In this document: in pieces, positions 1-9,497 of the stretch
Position numbering within the stretch: the stretch's first letter is position 1
Layout of the letters: each line of letters starts with the position of its first letter
Assembly (NCBI GenBank): GCA_963817895.1
Contig: CAWFQB010000005.1
Coordinates: 832,001 to 896,000 of the forward strand
Direction: 5' to 3'
DNA: 64,000 nt
From: an uncultured Chthonomonadaceae bacterium
GTDB taxonomy: Bacteria; Armatimonadota; Chthonomonadetes; Chthonomonadales; Chthonomonadaceae
Program-made: the position numbers and the translations under genes
Notes under the pieces: model-generated
What the model was told of the DNA's origin: nothing
Databases searched by the model: none
What the model saw: the letters and a program-made list of their open reading frames with translations, nothing else

Positions 1-538
1 GGGCTACGAGTTCGTCAACAAGCTGACGGGCGGCTCGATCCCGAAGGAATTCGTTCCCGCCATTGAAAAGGGCGTGAAGGAAGCCTTGGAAGCGGGCGTG
101 ATTGCCGGCTACCCGGTTGTGGACGTGAGAGTGTCCGTAACCGACGGCTCATACCACGAAGTCGACTCCAGCGAAATCGCCTTCAAAGTGGCCGCCAACC
201 AGACGATGAAGGAAGCCCTGCGCAAAGGACGCTCGTACATCAAAGAGCCGATTATGGCAATTGAAGTGACCACGCCCGAAGCCAACATGGGCGACGTGAT
301 CGGCGACATCAACCGTCGGCGCGGTCAGGTGGAAGGCATGGAGCCGGAGCCGGGCGGCAAGCAGGTTGTGCGCGCGCAGTGTCCCCTGTCCGAAATGTTC
401 GGGTACGTGAACGATCTGCGCGGGTTTTCGCAGGGCCGCGCGTCCTTCACCATGACGCCCTCGCACTACGCGGAAGTGCCGCGCAACGTGGCGGAAGAGA
501 TCGCCGCCAAGAGCGGCAAGCAGCCCGTCAAGGCATAG
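1..538 (+). CDS. fusA: Elongation factor G, C-terminal part (partial at window edge)
   Basis: Frame open from base 2: [16 protein letters not shown]...[22 protein letters not shown]...[23 protein letters not shown]...[16 protein letters not shown] (EF-G domains IV-V). Confidence 0.97.
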   Translation, partial: GYEFVNKLTGGSIPKEFVPAIEKGVKEALEAGVIAGYPVVDVRVSVTDGSYHEVDSSEIAFKVAANQTMKEALRKGRSYIKEPIMAIEVTTPEANMGDVIGDINRRRGQVEGMEPEPGGKQVVRAQCPLSEMFGYVNDLRGFSQGRASFTMTPSHYAEVPRNVAEEIAAKSGKQPVKA

Positions 539-550
539 CGCAGTAACTCA

Positions 551-600
551 GGGAGTAAGGGGCAGTTGTCTGTCCCTTACTCCCGTTTCTTTGCTTCTTA
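551..600 (+). terminator. Intrinsic terminator after fusA
   Basis: GGGAGTAAGGGGCAG-ttgt-CTGTCCCTTACTCCC stem followed by a T-rich tract. Confidence 0.7.
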
Positions 601-681
601 TATTTTTGCCTGATGAAGTTTGTTTCCGGCGTTGATACCGCGCGTTCACACGACGCGCTTTGTGCCTGTCTGGATGCGTGA

Positions 682-1182
682 ATGACTCTCCTGACGCGAC
701 TGGCTGTTAAAGAACCCTTTGAGACATGGCCGGATATGGAACTTGCCGCAACAGAACGCTATTGGGACGGCCTGGCATTAGCGGCACATGACCTGTCACG
801 CAATACAGGGGCGGTCTACTGTTTCGGCTACGTTGTCGAGATGTTGTTAAAGGCAGCGTACTTTCGCGTTACCGGTGTGGCAGATACGCAGAACTTAAAT
901 GCAGGGCCATTAGCTGCTATGCGAACGCAGGCCGCATGGCGCGGACGTAATTTACACGATTTGCAAGGGTTAGCCAGTCTGTTGATTGACGTGAGGCAGG
1001 CGCTTGGCATTGCGTTTGATCCCGCTGTGGCCGCGCAAATGCTGTGGTATGTACTCACAGTGGATTCTCATTGGAGAGAAACCCTGCGCTACAAGCACAC
1101 TCCCGCGCTGGAAGAAGAGCTGCATGAGGTGTATTACGGTGTAGAGTGGATTTGGGAGCATCGTAATTTGTTGTGGAGTTAA
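682..1182 (+). CDS. HEPN-like domain protein (putative toxin/RNase)
   Basis: GAVYCFGYVVEMLLKA ... HDL ... W.ETLRY pattern typical of HEPN domains. Confidence 0.7.
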   Translation: MTLLTRLAVKEPFETWPDMELAATERYWDGLALAAHDLSRNTGAVYCFGYVVEMLLKAAYFRVTGVADTQNLNAGPLAAMRTQAAWRGRNLHDLQGLASLLIDVRQALGIAFDPAVAAQMLWYVLTVDSHWRETLRYKHTPALEEELHEVYYGVEWIWEHRNLLWS

Positions 1183-1185
1183 ACC

Positions 1186-1500
1186 ATGCCGGTAATTAGA
1201 ATTCATCCAACAGTTCCGCAAGCCCCGCCGGAGTTAGTAGCCGCGCTTGCCGACGAGTTGCGGCGTAATGAGGTGGATGGGCCGGAAGACGCGCCGCATA
1301 TTGTTGAGGAAGAAGCCCTGCGCGGCAACTACTTTGCGGTCAAAGTGATATGGGATGCCTGGAAAGGTCTTGACCCGGAACTCCGTAGTCGCGCCATCAT
1401 GGATGCTTACAATCAAGTGAGGCCGGAAGATGTGTCTCACATCAGCCTTGCAATCGGTTTTACCCATGCGGACGCGCAACGCTTCAATATCGCTTCCTGA
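1186..1500 (+). CDS. Small partner of the HEPN gene (putative antitoxin; BolA/MNT-like beta-alpha pattern)
   Basis: Starts 3 nt after the HEPN stop with a GGAG RBS; F.VKVIWDAWKGL...RS.AIMDAY pattern. Confidence 0.6.
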   Translation: MPVIRIHPTVPQAPPELVAALADELRRNEVDGPEDAPHIVEEEALRGNYFAVKVIWDAWKGLDPELRSRAIMDAYNQVRPEDVSHISLAIGFTHADAQRFNIAS

Positions 1501-1515
1501 AGCAGAGGTGGTCCA

Positions 1516-2112
1516 ATGTCTAAGATCAAACCAGACTGCGACCAATCCGCGCCCTTTCTGATGTGGGTTGAAGAGATTACAAGGCTACGCCGCGATATTT
1601 GCCTTGTGATTGGGCTTGTTGAGCGCGGGAAATTAGAACTTAATGCGCGTATCGAAGTTGTAGGCGGACAATCCGTTCAACAGGCGCGTATCGCAGACAT
1701 TGAACAGTTCTACAAAAAACAAACTGTTATGCGTTGTGGAGAGCAGGCAGGTGTTCTTCTTAGGCCGACGCCCAAAAAAATAACTCAAGATTGTGTCATT
1801 GCTGCGCCGGACAGTATTCAGGCATGTACAAAATTTCGCGGCAATATACAAGTCGTGAACGAAGCGGAAGGCAGCGGCAAACCTGTCTTCCTTACAGGCG
1901 AAGAAGTTCAGTTCTTCTTTCGTAATATTTATGTGCCGGGAACTTATACGTTCCTTGATGGTTTCGATTCGACAGTATCCGAGAACAGAGTGATTCTGAT
2001 TTGTACGCTTACTCGCCCTGTTGCCATGGAAGAAGGACAAGAGTTTACCGTCTATAGCAACGGGAGAGTTGTTGGAATAGGTAAGGTTGTCGAACTGATT
2101 ACGAAAAGTTGA
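1516..2112 (+). CDS. Diverged EF-Tu domain II+III-only protein (no GTPase domain)
   Basis: PFLMWVE, GLVERG, IEVVG, IEQFYK, GEQAGVLLR, TKF, QFFFR, PVAMEEG..F.V...GRVVGIGKV are collinear with EF-Tu domains II-III; GAGG RBS. Confidence 0.85.
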   Translation: MSKIKPDCDQSAPFLMWVEEITRLRRDICLVIGLVERGKLELNARIEVVGGQSVQQARIADIEQFYKKQTVMRCGEQAGVLLRPTPKKITQDCVIAAPDSIQACTKFRGNIQVVNEAEGSGKPVFLTGEEVQFFFRNIYVPGTYTFLDGFDSTVSENRVILICTLTRPVAMEEGQEFTVYSNGRVVGIGKVVELITKS

Positions 2113-2129
2113 GCTTCTGGAGGAACAAA

Positions 2130-2375
2130 ATGCCGGAAGAAGCTAATATGGCGGCGGATTGGCTCAAACAAGCTGCCGCCGAACGTGGAATGGCAGACAG
2201 GTTCAGCGCCACGTATATGCGCGCTGACAGAGAATGGTTATATTTCGCGGTGCGGCTGAGTAACGCAGGTGATGCTTCGGAAAGAGCAAATTTATTGCTT
2301 GATCTGGAAGACGCCTGGGAGTCTCACGAACCGAACCCGCGCTGGCATTTGATGTTGATGCCTTCCGGCGCGTAG
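2130..2375 (+). CDS. Small hypothetical protein, paralog of 3053..3346
   Basis: GGAGGA RBS; C-terminal LEDAW...EP.P...L.L.P.G motif shared with 3053..3346. Confidence 0.7.
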   Translation: MPEEANMAADWLKQAAAERGMADRFSATYMRADREWLYFAVRLSNAGDASERANLLLDLEDAWESHEPNPRWHLMLMPSGA

Positions 2376-2454
2376 GAAGCGCGCGATTGACCGATAAACC
2401 AACAGTCGGCTTTATTCCTGCAAATGAAGCCGAACTGATTGCGAAAAATTGAGG

Positions 2455-2504
2455 TATAATAGCAAGCCGGTCTGCGGACAACGGATGCCCGACCGGTTTT
2501 TGCT
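2455..2504 (+). promoter_or_regulatory. Putative S10 promoter -10 box and leader hairpin
   Basis: TATAAT at 2455-2460 then an AGCAAGCCGGTC...GACCGGTTTTTGCT hairpin upstream of rpsJ; no clear -35. Confidence 0.45.
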
Positions 2505-2514
2505 TTGACTATGG

Positions 2515-2613
2515 TTCAGGTATTCAGGTATTCAGGTATTCAGGTATTCAGGTTAGGCGCAATTCCTTCCTGTACACCTGAATACCTGAATACCTGAATA
2601 CCTGAATACCTGA
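2515..2613. repeat. Inverted pair of tandem octamer arrays (TATTCAGG)n / (CCTGAATA)n
   Basis: About 4.5 units per arm, 22-nt spacer, ends just before the rpsJ RBS. Confidence 0.95.
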
Positions 2614-2630
2614 CACAGAAAGAGGTACTA

Positions 2631-2951
2631 ATGCCACCCCTCGGACGACAGGACAAGGTTCGCATTCGCTTGCGGGCTTTTGACCACCGCATCCTGGACC
2701 AGTCGGCAGAAAAGATCGTGGATACCGCCAAGCGCACGGGCGCGCGCGTGGCCGGACCCGTTCTTCTTCCGACCGAGAAGCTGATCATCTGCGTGAACCG
2801 CAGCACGACCATTGACAAAGAGAGCATGGAGCATTTCGAGCAACGGACGCATAAGCGCCTGATTGATATTCTCGAACCCGGCCCCAAAACCATTGACGCG
2901 CTGATGCGCCTCGATCTGCCGAGCGGCGTTGACATCGAAATAAAACTGTAG
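2631..2951 (+). CDS. rpsJ: 30S ribosomal protein uS10
   Basis: [35 protein letters not shown]...HKRLIDI. Confidence 0.98.
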   Translation: MPPLGRQDKVRIRLRAFDHRILDQSAEKIVDTAKRTGARVAGPVLLPTEKLIICVNRSTTIDKESMEHFEQRTHKRLIDILEPGPKTIDALMRLDLPSGVDIEIKL

Positions 2952-3052
2952 GCGCAACGTTTATGGAACTCTGGCAGCAATGGTGGATGCTGGCGCAGTA
3001 ATCGGTTCATCACGGCTCAGATAGAAGCGATTTTGCCGAAAGAAAACTAGCA

Positions 3053-3346
3053 ATGGCTGATTTGTTGGAGAAACCAGTCCGGCTGGATCTCGATGCGCTT
3101 CACGCCTGGCTAGAGCAAGAGGCAAAAGCGCAAAACATTCAGGCATATTTCGCAATCCGAAGCGCGAAGGTGCTTGAGGATGGCTACCTTAAATTGCCGA
3201 CCTACATCGGCAATCCAGGAACTGCCTTTGAACAGGTGGTCTTGATGGGAAACCTTGAAGACGCCTGGAACGATCAGGAACCGAAGCCTGAGTTTAAGCT
3301 GCACCTCTACCCGATGGGCAAGCCCCGCGAGTGGAGCAGCGAGTAG
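3053..3346 (+). CDS. Small hypothetical protein inserted between rpsJ and rplC, paralog of 2130..2375
   Basis: LEDAWNDQEPKPEFKLHLYPMG motif shared with the upstream paralog. Confidence 0.7.
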   Translation: MADLLEKPVRLDLDALHAWLEQEAKAQNIQAYFAIRSAKVLEDGYLKLPTYIGNPGTAFEQVVLMGNLEDAWNDQEPKPEFKLHLYPMGKPREWSSE

Positions 3347-3367
3347 AACGAGACACGAGGAGAAACT

Positions 3368-3997
3368 ATGGCGGTCGACACAATTCTGGGCAGAAAAATT
3401 GGCATGACCCAGGTCTTCAATGACCGGGGCGAAATCGTGCCGGTTTCCGTGATAGAAGCAGGCCCCTGCATTGTCACGCAGCTCAAAAGTGTTGAAAAAG
3501 ATGGCTATGTAGCTGTCCAGGTCGGGTTTGGCGAGATACGCCCCCGGCTTGTCAACAAACCGGAAACGGGGCACTTCACCAAAGCAGGCGTCACGCCCAC
3601 GCGACACCTGCGCGAAATCCGCACCGAGGACACGAGCGCGTACAAACTGGGAGATGCGATTACATGCGACATCTTTGCCGTTGATCAGCGCGTCAAGGTG
3701 ACGGGTATATCCAAAGGCAAAGGTTTTGCCGGCGTTGTCAAGCGCTTCCACTTTCATGGCGGCGATATGACGCACGGCTCGATGATCCACCGCAAGCCGC
3801 AGTCCAGCGGCGCGACCGATGCGGCCCGCACGTTCAAGGGGACCCGAAAACCCGGGCAGATGGGCAACAAGCAGGTGTCGGTGCGCGGATTGCGCATTGT
3901 GCGCGTGGATGCGGCACAGAATTTGCTGCTAATAGAGGGAGCCATTCCCGGCTCCGATGGCGGCCTTGTGACCATTCAGCGCCTGGCGCGACGTTAG
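3368..3997 (+). CDS. rplC: 50S ribosomal protein uL3
   Basis: ILGRKIGMTQVF...DGYVAVQVGF...SKGKGFAGVVKR. Confidence 0.98.
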   Translation: MAVDTILGRKIGMTQVFNDRGEIVPVSVIEAGPCIVTQLKSVEKDGYVAVQVGFGEIRPRLVNKPETGHFTKAGVTPTRHLREIRTEDTSAYKLGDAITCDIFAVDQRVKVTGISKGKGFAGVVKRFHFHGGDMTHGSMIHRKPQSSGATDAARTFKGTRKPGQMGNKQVSVRGLRIVRVDAAQNLLLIEGAIPGSDGGLVTIQRLARR

Positions 3998-4011
3998 GGA
4001 GACAACACATC

Positions 4012-4767
4012 ATGGCAAGCATAACATTAATGAACCAGGAGGGCGGCCAGGTTGGCGCGCTCGAACTGCCTGATGCGGTCTTCGGCGTCGAATACAATCA
4101 GGCGCTCGTCCATCAGGCTATCGTGTCCGAAGAGGCCAATCAGCGGCAGGGCACACACAACACTAAACAACGCTCCGATGTGCGCGGCGGCGGACGCAAG
4201 CCCTGGAAGCAAAAGGGGACGGGACGCGCCCGACAGGGTACGATTCGCGCCCCGCAGTGGCGTGGCGGCGGCGTTGTCTTTGGTCCGCACCCCCGTGATT
4301 ACCGCAAGGCGTTTCCTGTAGCGATGCGGCGCGGCGCAATGCGCAGCGTCCTTTCGGAAAAAGTCCGCGAAGGCAACATCATCGGTCTGGACGCGCTCAC
4401 GTTCGCGGAAGCCAAAACCAAAAACGCGGTCGCATTGCTCAAAGCGCTGAACTTAGGCAGCGAGAAGCATGTGCTGATCGTGGTTCCCGAACACAGCGAT
4501 ATGCTGCGGCGGGCTACGCGCAATCTGGAAAGCCAGGGTCTGGAACTTCGGTTCGCGCCCAACTTCTCCGTGCGCGACGCGCTGTTGGCGACCAAAATCG
4601 TCCTCGTGCAAGACGCGGTTGCTAAAATCGAAGCCGTGTGGAATTCCAAGAGCAAGCAGAAGACAAACAACGCGCTGGGCGCGCAGGATGAAACCGCCGA
4701 AGAAGCGGCTGCCGTTCTGACGGAAGACTCTACAATGGGAATAGAAGGAGCGGAGGTGTCCGCATGA
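4012..4767 (+). CDS. rplD: 50S ribosomal protein uL4 (acidic C-terminal tail)
   Basis: [31 protein letters not shown]. Confidence 0.98.
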   Translation: MASITLMNQEGGQVGALELPDAVFGVEYNQALVHQAIVSEEANQRQGTHNTKQRSDVRGGGRKPWKQKGTGRARQGTIRAPQWRGGGVVFGPHPRDYRKAFPVAMRRGAMRSVLSEKVREGNIIGLDALTFAEAKTKNAVALLKALNLGSEKHVLIVVPEHSDMLRRATRNLESQGLELRFAPNFSVRDALLATKIVLVQDAVAKIEAVWNSKSKQKTNNALGAQDETAEEAAAVLTEDSTMGIEGAEVSA

Positions 4768-5096
4768 GAAACGTACACGAAATCATTATTCGTCCCCTGA
4801 TGACGGAAAAAAGCACCATTCAGGCGCAGCAGAACAAATACCACTTCAAAGTGAATCCGACGGCCAACAAGATCGAAATCGCCGACGCGGTGGGCATTAT
4901 ATATGCCAACGCGGGCGCGAAAGTGCTGTCGGTTAATACCGTTCACGTCAAAGGCAAGAAAAAGCGGGCCATGAGCAAGGGCGGCAAGCCCGGCTATTCA
5001 CCCAACTGGAAAAAAGCCATCGTGACAACCGACAAGCCTCTCGAACTCTTCGATTTTATGAATCAGGAGACGGATGACCAGGGAGGACAGGTGTAA
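4764..5096 (+). CDS. rplW: 50S ribosomal protein uL23
   Basis: [11 protein letters not shown]...ANKIEI..AV...[12 protein letters not shown]...WKKAIV. Confidence 0.96.
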   Translation: MRNVHEIIIRPLMTEKSTIQAQQNKYHFKVNPTANKIEIADAVGIIYANAGAKVLSVNTVHVKGKKKRAMSKGGKPGYSPNWKKAIVTTDKPLELFDFMNQETDDQGGQV

Positions 5097-5098
5097 CC

Positions 5099-5959
5099 AT
5101 GCCCATTCGTCACTACAAACCGAATACGCCGGGAACCCGCTTCCGCTCCGTTGCCACCCATACGGAACTGACAAAGCAGGAGGGCAAAAACCAGCCCGTT
5201 CGCCCGCACAAACCCCTGCTGGAGCCGATCAAAAAGAGCGGCGGACGCAACAACAAGGGGCGTATCACGTCACGCTTCCGGGGCGGCGGCAACAAGCGCA
5301 TGTACCGGATCATTGACTTCAAGCGCAACAAGTACGATATGCCCGCAGCGGTCCGAACGATTGAGTACGATCCCAACCGCACCTGCCGTATCTCTCTGAT
5401 AGAGTATGCGGACGGCGAAAAGCGCTACATCCTGACGCCCATCGGCATGAAGGTCGGCGATACCGTGATTGCCAGCGAAACCGCGGACATTCGGCCCGGT
5501 AACAGCCTGCCTTTGTACGCCATTCCCGTCGGCACAGTGATCCACAATGTGGAACTGCATCTGGGCAAGGGCGGCCAACTGGTTCGCTCCGCCGGTGTGG
5601 GCGCGCAATTGATGGGCAAGGGCAGCGGCAGCAAGTTCGGTCAGGTGCGCCTGCCTTCGGGCGAAACGCGCCTGATCCTGCTGACGTGCCATGCCACTAT
5701 CGGACAGGTCGGCAACCCCGAACACGAGAATATCTCGTACGGCAAAGCGGGCGCAACCCGATGGCGCGGACGACGCGGCCATGTGCGCGGTATTGCCATG
5801 ACCCCACGCGATCACCCGCATGGTGGCGGCGAAGCGCAAAGCCCCATCGGACGCAAAAAAGGTCCGGCTTCGCCCTGGGGTAAACCCGCCATTGGCGCCA
5901 AGACCCGCCGCAACAAGGCGACGGACAAGTTCATTATTCGCCGACGAAATAGCAAATAG
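5099..5959 (+). CDS. rplB: 50S ribosomal protein uL2
   Basis: [26 protein letters not shown]...IEYDPNR...DHPHGGGE. Confidence 0.98.
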   Translation: MPIRHYKPNTPGTRFRSVATHTELTKQEGKNQPVRPHKPLLEPIKKSGGRNNKGRITSRFRGGGNKRMYRIIDFKRNKYDMPAAVRTIEYDPNRTCRISLIEYADGEKRYILTPIGMKVGDTVIASETADIRPGNSLPLYAIPVGTVIHNVELHLGKGGQLVRSAGVGAQLMGKGSGSKFGQVRLPSGETRLILLTCHATIGQVGNPEHENISYGKAGATRWRGRRGHVRGIAMTPRDHPHGGGEAQSPIGRKKGPASPWGKPAIGAKTRRNKATDKFIIRRRNSK

Positions 5960-6074
5960 GGAGTAGGGAGTAGGCAGTAGGGAGTAGGTAAATGCCCTGT
6001 TCCATTAACTCTTAAATCAAGAGTGTAGTAGGTAGTGTATTTACCTACTTCCTACTCCCTACTCCCTACTCCCT
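5957..6074. repeat. Inverted pair of tandem heptamer arrays (TAGGGAG)n / (CTCCCTA)n
   Basis: Left arm begins at the rplB TAG; right arm ends at the rpsS RBS. Confidence 0.93.
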
Positions 6075-6083
6075 GGAGTTACC

Positions 6084-6371
6084 ATGGGACGTTCACTCAA
6101 AAAAGGACCGTATGCCGATCCCAAGCTGCTGGAAAAGGTGCGGGGCATGAATGCGCGCAACGAAAAAAAGGCCATCAAGACCTGGTCGCGCCGCTCCACC
6201 ATTTTCCCCGACTTTATCGGTCATACCATGCTCGTACACGATGGGCGCAAGCATATTCCGATCTTCATCACTGAAAACATGGTCGGGCACAAGCTGGGCG
6301 AATTCGCCGCAACGCGCCTTTTCCGTGGACATGCCGGACAGCAGGTGGAACGCCGCTCCGGCGTCAAATAG
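6084..6371 (+). CDS. rpsS: 30S ribosomal protein uS19
   Basis: [10 protein letters not shown]...[18 protein letters not shown]...[10 protein letters not shown]. Confidence 0.98.
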   Translation: MGRSLKKGPYADPKLLEKVRGMNARNEKKAIKTWSRRSTIFPDFIGHTMLVHDGRKHIPIFITENMVGHKLGEFAATRLFRGHAGQQVERRSGVK

Positions 6372-6389
6372 AAAGGGACGCGAACCGTC

Positions 6390-7262
6390 ATGTCTGATGA
6401 TACGATAGACTCGAACGTGGCCGTTATGGAACGCCCGCGTCAGCACCGCGAAAACCGCAAAAAGAATATCGGGCGCAAAGTGGCCCCCAACCAGGCGTTT
6501 GCCGTCGTCAAGTTCATCCGCGTGCCGCCGCGCAAAGCGCGGCTGGTTATCAACGAAGTGCGCGGCAAGTACACCAACGACGCGCTGGCGTTTCTGCGCT
6601 TTATTCCCAACCGCGCGGCAGGTTACATCTCCAAAGTGCTGTATTCCGCCGTCGCCAACGCCGCCAACAATCACGGCCTGAACCCGGACAACCTGAAGCT
6701 GGTGGAAGCCCGCGTGGACGAAGGCCCGCGCATGAAGCGCGTCCAGCCCCGCGCACAGGGGCGGGCGTACCGCATCCTGAAGCGCATGAGCCATATCACA
6801 GTTGTTGTGGAAGAGGTCGGTCCCAAGCCGCGCAAGCCGAAAAAGGCGGGACGCCGCAACCAGCAGCCCGGTCGCCAACAGCAGGCCGCTCCGATGACAA
6901 CGGCGGCCCCGGTCAGCATTGCGGAAGATACGGAAATCACCACACCGGTAACGGCAGTGGAAGATACCGCGTCCGCCGCAGTGGCAGCCGAGGCGACAAC
7001 GCCGGTCACTCCGACAACGGAAACAACCACATCCGCGAGTGAAGCGACGGCAGCGCCGGAAGCAACACCCGCCACTGCTGACGTGCCGGAAGGTCCGCAA
7101 ACGGCGAACCCGGCAGCCACGGACGAAATTGGCGCGCCGACCACGCCGGACGCAGTGGAACCGACAATCGCCTCCACGGATGGCGACGTAACCGGCGATA
7201 CGCAGGCGGAAACCGCCAACACTCAGGACAAAACCGACGAAATCGGAGCGCCGACGGAGTAG
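6390..7262 (+). CDS. rplV: 50S ribosomal protein uL22 with N-terminal and long Ala/Thr/Glu/Pro C-terminal extensions
   Basis: IRVPPRKARLVINEVRGK...SAVANAANNH...VDEGPRMKR..PRAQGRA..ILKRMSHITVVV core. Confidence 0.96.
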   Translation: MSDDTIDSNVAVMERPRQHRENRKKNIGRKVAPNQAFAVVKFIRVPPRKARLVINEVRGKYTNDALAFLRFIPNRAAGYISKVLYSAVANAANNHGLNPDNLKLVEARVDEGPRMKRVQPRAQGRAYRILKRMSHITVVVEEVGPKPRKPKKAGRRNQQPGRQQQAAPMTTAAPVSIAEDTEITTPVTAVEDTASAAVAAEATTPVTPTTETTTSASEATAAPEATPATADVPEGPQTANPAATDEIGAPTTPDAVEPTIASTDGDVTGDTQAETANTQDKTDEIGAPTE

Positions 7263-7266
7263 GAGG

Positions 7267-7391
7267 GAAGATACGAGATACGAGATACGAGATACGAGTG
7301 GGGAACTATAATTCCGCGTTTTCTCGGTTCAGGGAATACAGTGTAGGATGGTCTTTTCACTTGTATCTTGTATCTCGTATCTCGTATCTTC
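7267..7391. repeat. Inverted pair of tandem heptamer arrays (GATACGA)n / (TCGTATC)n
   Basis: Between the rplV stop and the rpsC RBS; 4 units per arm. Confidence 0.93.
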
Positions 7392-7409
7392 TGCCTCTCA
7401 GGAGAGACT

Positions 7410-8657
7410 ATGGGCCAGAAAGTACACCCAATCGGATTTCGAATCGGCGTGATTCGCGACACGGAGAGCAAGTGGTATCTCCCGAAGCGCGGTTTCGCCG
7501 ATGCCGTATATGAAGATTACAAGATTCGCCGTTATATCAAGAAGCACAAAATTCTTGCCAACGCCGCTATTTCCCGCGTGGAAATCGAGCGGGGCGGCAA
7601 CCGCGTAAAAGCCACGCTGCACACCGCCAAACCCGGCATCATCATCGGGCGGCAGGGGCAGGGCGTGGACAACCTGAAAGCCGAACTGGAAAAGTTGACA
7701 CAGAAACAGGTGCATGTTTCAGTCAATGAAATCCGGCAGCCCGATCAGGACGCGCAGCTCGTGGCCGAAAGCATCGCGCAGCAGATCGAAAAGCGCATCG
7801 CGTACAAACGCGCCATGCGTCAGGCGGTTCTTCGCGCCATGAAACTGGGCGTCAAGGGTATCCGCGTGATGTGTTCCGGGCGGCTCGCGGGCGCGGAAAT
7901 GGCGCGCAAAGAGCAGGATCGCCAAGGCAAAATTCCGCTTCACACCCTCCGCGCCGACATTGACTACGGCTTTGCCGAAGCGGCAACCACGTATGGCAAC
8001 ATTGGCATCAAAGTGTGGATTTACAAGGGCGATGTTCTGCCGGGACAGGCGCGGCAAACGGAGTCCGAGCCGGCTCGCCCGCAGCGCGGCGATGGCCGCC
8101 CGGATCGTTCCGGCGAACGGTCGGACAGCGGACGTGGCGGTGATCGCGGCGGCAGGGGCGGCAGAAGCGGTGGCGGCGGTGATCGCGGCGGACGCGGTGG
8201 CGGCGGCGGTGGACGCGGCGGCCAGGGTAGCGGCGGCTTTAGCGGCGGCGGTGGTCAAGGCGGTGGCGGCTTCAGTGGCGGTGGCGGTCGCGGCGGTCAA
8301 GGCGGCGGTGGCGGCTACCAGGGCGGCGGTCAAGGCGGTCAGGCTGGCGGTCAGGCCGGACCTGCCCGCACCGGCGGACGCGGCGACGGCTTTGGCGGCG
8401 CGGCGCAGGGCGGCCCGCGCGCGCAGGGTACGGGCGGCAGTCGTCCAAGTGGCGGGGGCGGCGGCACAAGCCGACCGGGCGCAGGTGGTGGGCCGAGCGG
8501 CGTACCGGGCGGCGGCGGGCGACCTGCCGGCGAGCCGGGGCCGCGCGCCGATGTGAGTGGAACCGGGCGCGAGGCGCCCCAGGGTCATCAGGATCAACGC
8601 GGGGGCGCAGGCCCCGGCGGCGGTCATCCCAACGACAATCCTACACCGAACGAGTAG
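7410..8657 (+). CDS. rpsC: 30S ribosomal protein uS3 with about 200-aa Gly/Arg-rich tail
   Basis: [13 protein letters not shown]...KPGIIIGR...[12 protein letters not shown]...[12 protein letters not shown]; start placed at ATG 7410 after AGGAG. Confidence 0.97.
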   Translation: MGQKVHPIGFRIGVIRDTESKWYLPKRGFADAVYEDYKIRRYIKKHKILANAAISRVEIERGGNRVKATLHTAKPGIIIGRQGQGVDNLKAELEKLTQKQVHVSVNEIRQPDQDAQLVAESIAQQIEKRIAYKRAMRQAVLRAMKLGVKGIRVMCSGRLAGAEMARKEQDRQGKIPLHTLRADIDYGFAEAATTYGNIGIKVWIYKGDVLPGQARQTESEPARPQRGDGRPDRSGERSDSGRGGDRGGRGGRSGGGGDRGGRGGGGGGRGGQGSGGFSGGGGQGGGGFSGGGGRGGQGGGGGYQGGGQGGQAGGQAGPARTGGRGDGFGGAAQGGPRAQGTGGSRPSGGGGGTSRPGAGGGPSGVPGGGGRPAGEPGPRADVSGTGREAPQGHQDQRGGAGPGGGHPNDNPTPNE

Positions 8658-8670
8658 GTGCAAGGCAATG

Positions 8671-8760
8671 CAGGCTTCAGGTTTCAGGTTTCAGGTTTCA
8701 GGGAAATGCTCTCGTTGTAGAAGGCTTATCCTGACACCTGACACCTGACACCAGAAACCT
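8671..8760. repeat. Inverted pair of tandem heptamer arrays (TTTCAGG)n / (CCTGACA)n
   Basis: Between rpsC and rplP; arms differ at one position per unit. Confidence 0.88.
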
Positions 8761-8789
8761 ACACGTTGCTGCATGGAGGAATCTCAATT

Positions 8790-9278
8790 ATGTTGATGCC
8801 GAAGCGCGTGAAACACCGCAAACAGCATCGTGGACGCCGGAATGGTACGGCGTCGGGCGGAACGGAAGTCTCTTTTGGCGATTTCGGATTGCAAGCGCTG
8901 GAGTCCTGCTGGATGACGGCCAACCAGATCGAAGCCGCGCGTATCGCGATGAACCGCTATATCAAGCGGCAAGGTAAAATCTGGATTCGCATTTTCCCTG
9001 ATAAGCCGTTTACCAAGAAGCCGGCGGAAACCCGCATGGGTTCCGGTAAGGGCGCTCCCGATGGCTGGGTCGCGGTTATCAAGCCGGGGCGCGTGTTGTT
9101 CGAGATGGGCGGCGTGGCCGAGTCAGTGGCGCGGGAAGCGATGCGTCTGGCCGCGCACAAATTGCCCATTCATACCAAGTTTATCCTGCGGGACACACCG
9201 ACTGCGGTTGTAGATGAATTGGATGCCGGGGAAGCGGCCAAAGTGCTGATGGAGGGCGATGACAATGGCGGAGCTTAA
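8790..9278 (+). CDS. rplP: 50S ribosomal protein uL16
   Basis: [16 protein letters not shown]...QIEAARIA...[25 protein letters not shown]. Confidence 0.98.
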   Translation: MLMPKRVKHRKQHRGRRNGTASGGTEVSFGDFGLQALESCWMTANQIEAARIAMNRYIKRQGKIWIRIFPDKPFTKKPAETRMGSGKGAPDGWVAVIKPGRVLFEMGGVAESVAREAMRLAAHKLPIHTKFILRDTPTAVVDELDAGEAAKVLMEGDDNGGA

Positions 9279-9495
9279 AATCAAACAGGTGCGCGAACAT
9301 CTGCGCCAGATGAGCGTTGACGAACTTCATCAGGAGATCGCCGCGAACAAGGCGCTGCTGTTCGATTTTCGCCGCCGTCAGGCCATGCGCCAACTGGAAA
9401 ACACGGCGGCCATTCGCAACGCGCGCAAGCAGATCGCCCGCGCCTTGACGATTATACGAGAGCGCGAAATCGCCGCTCAGGGAGAAACGAAGTAG
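9265..9495 (+). CDS. rpmC: 50S ribosomal protein uL29
   Basis: LRQMSVDEL...[32 protein letters not shown]; operon position. Confidence 0.94.
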   Translation: MAELKIKQVREHLRQMSVDELHQEIAANKALLFDFRRRQAMRQLENTAAIRNARKQIARALTIIREREIAAQGETK

Positions 9496-9497
9496 CC

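Noticed and set aside
7368..7409. Upstream starts in the ORF track (rpsC 7368, HD 19118, AAC(3) 22670, HhH 17022, VIT 54158)
   Set aside because: These extensions translate repeat or palindrome DNA; downstream ATGs fit the family N-termini or an RBS better.
8130..8530. GGC-rich tract as a DNA repeat element
   Set aside because: Explained by the Gly-rich coding tail of uS3, with varied synonymous codons.
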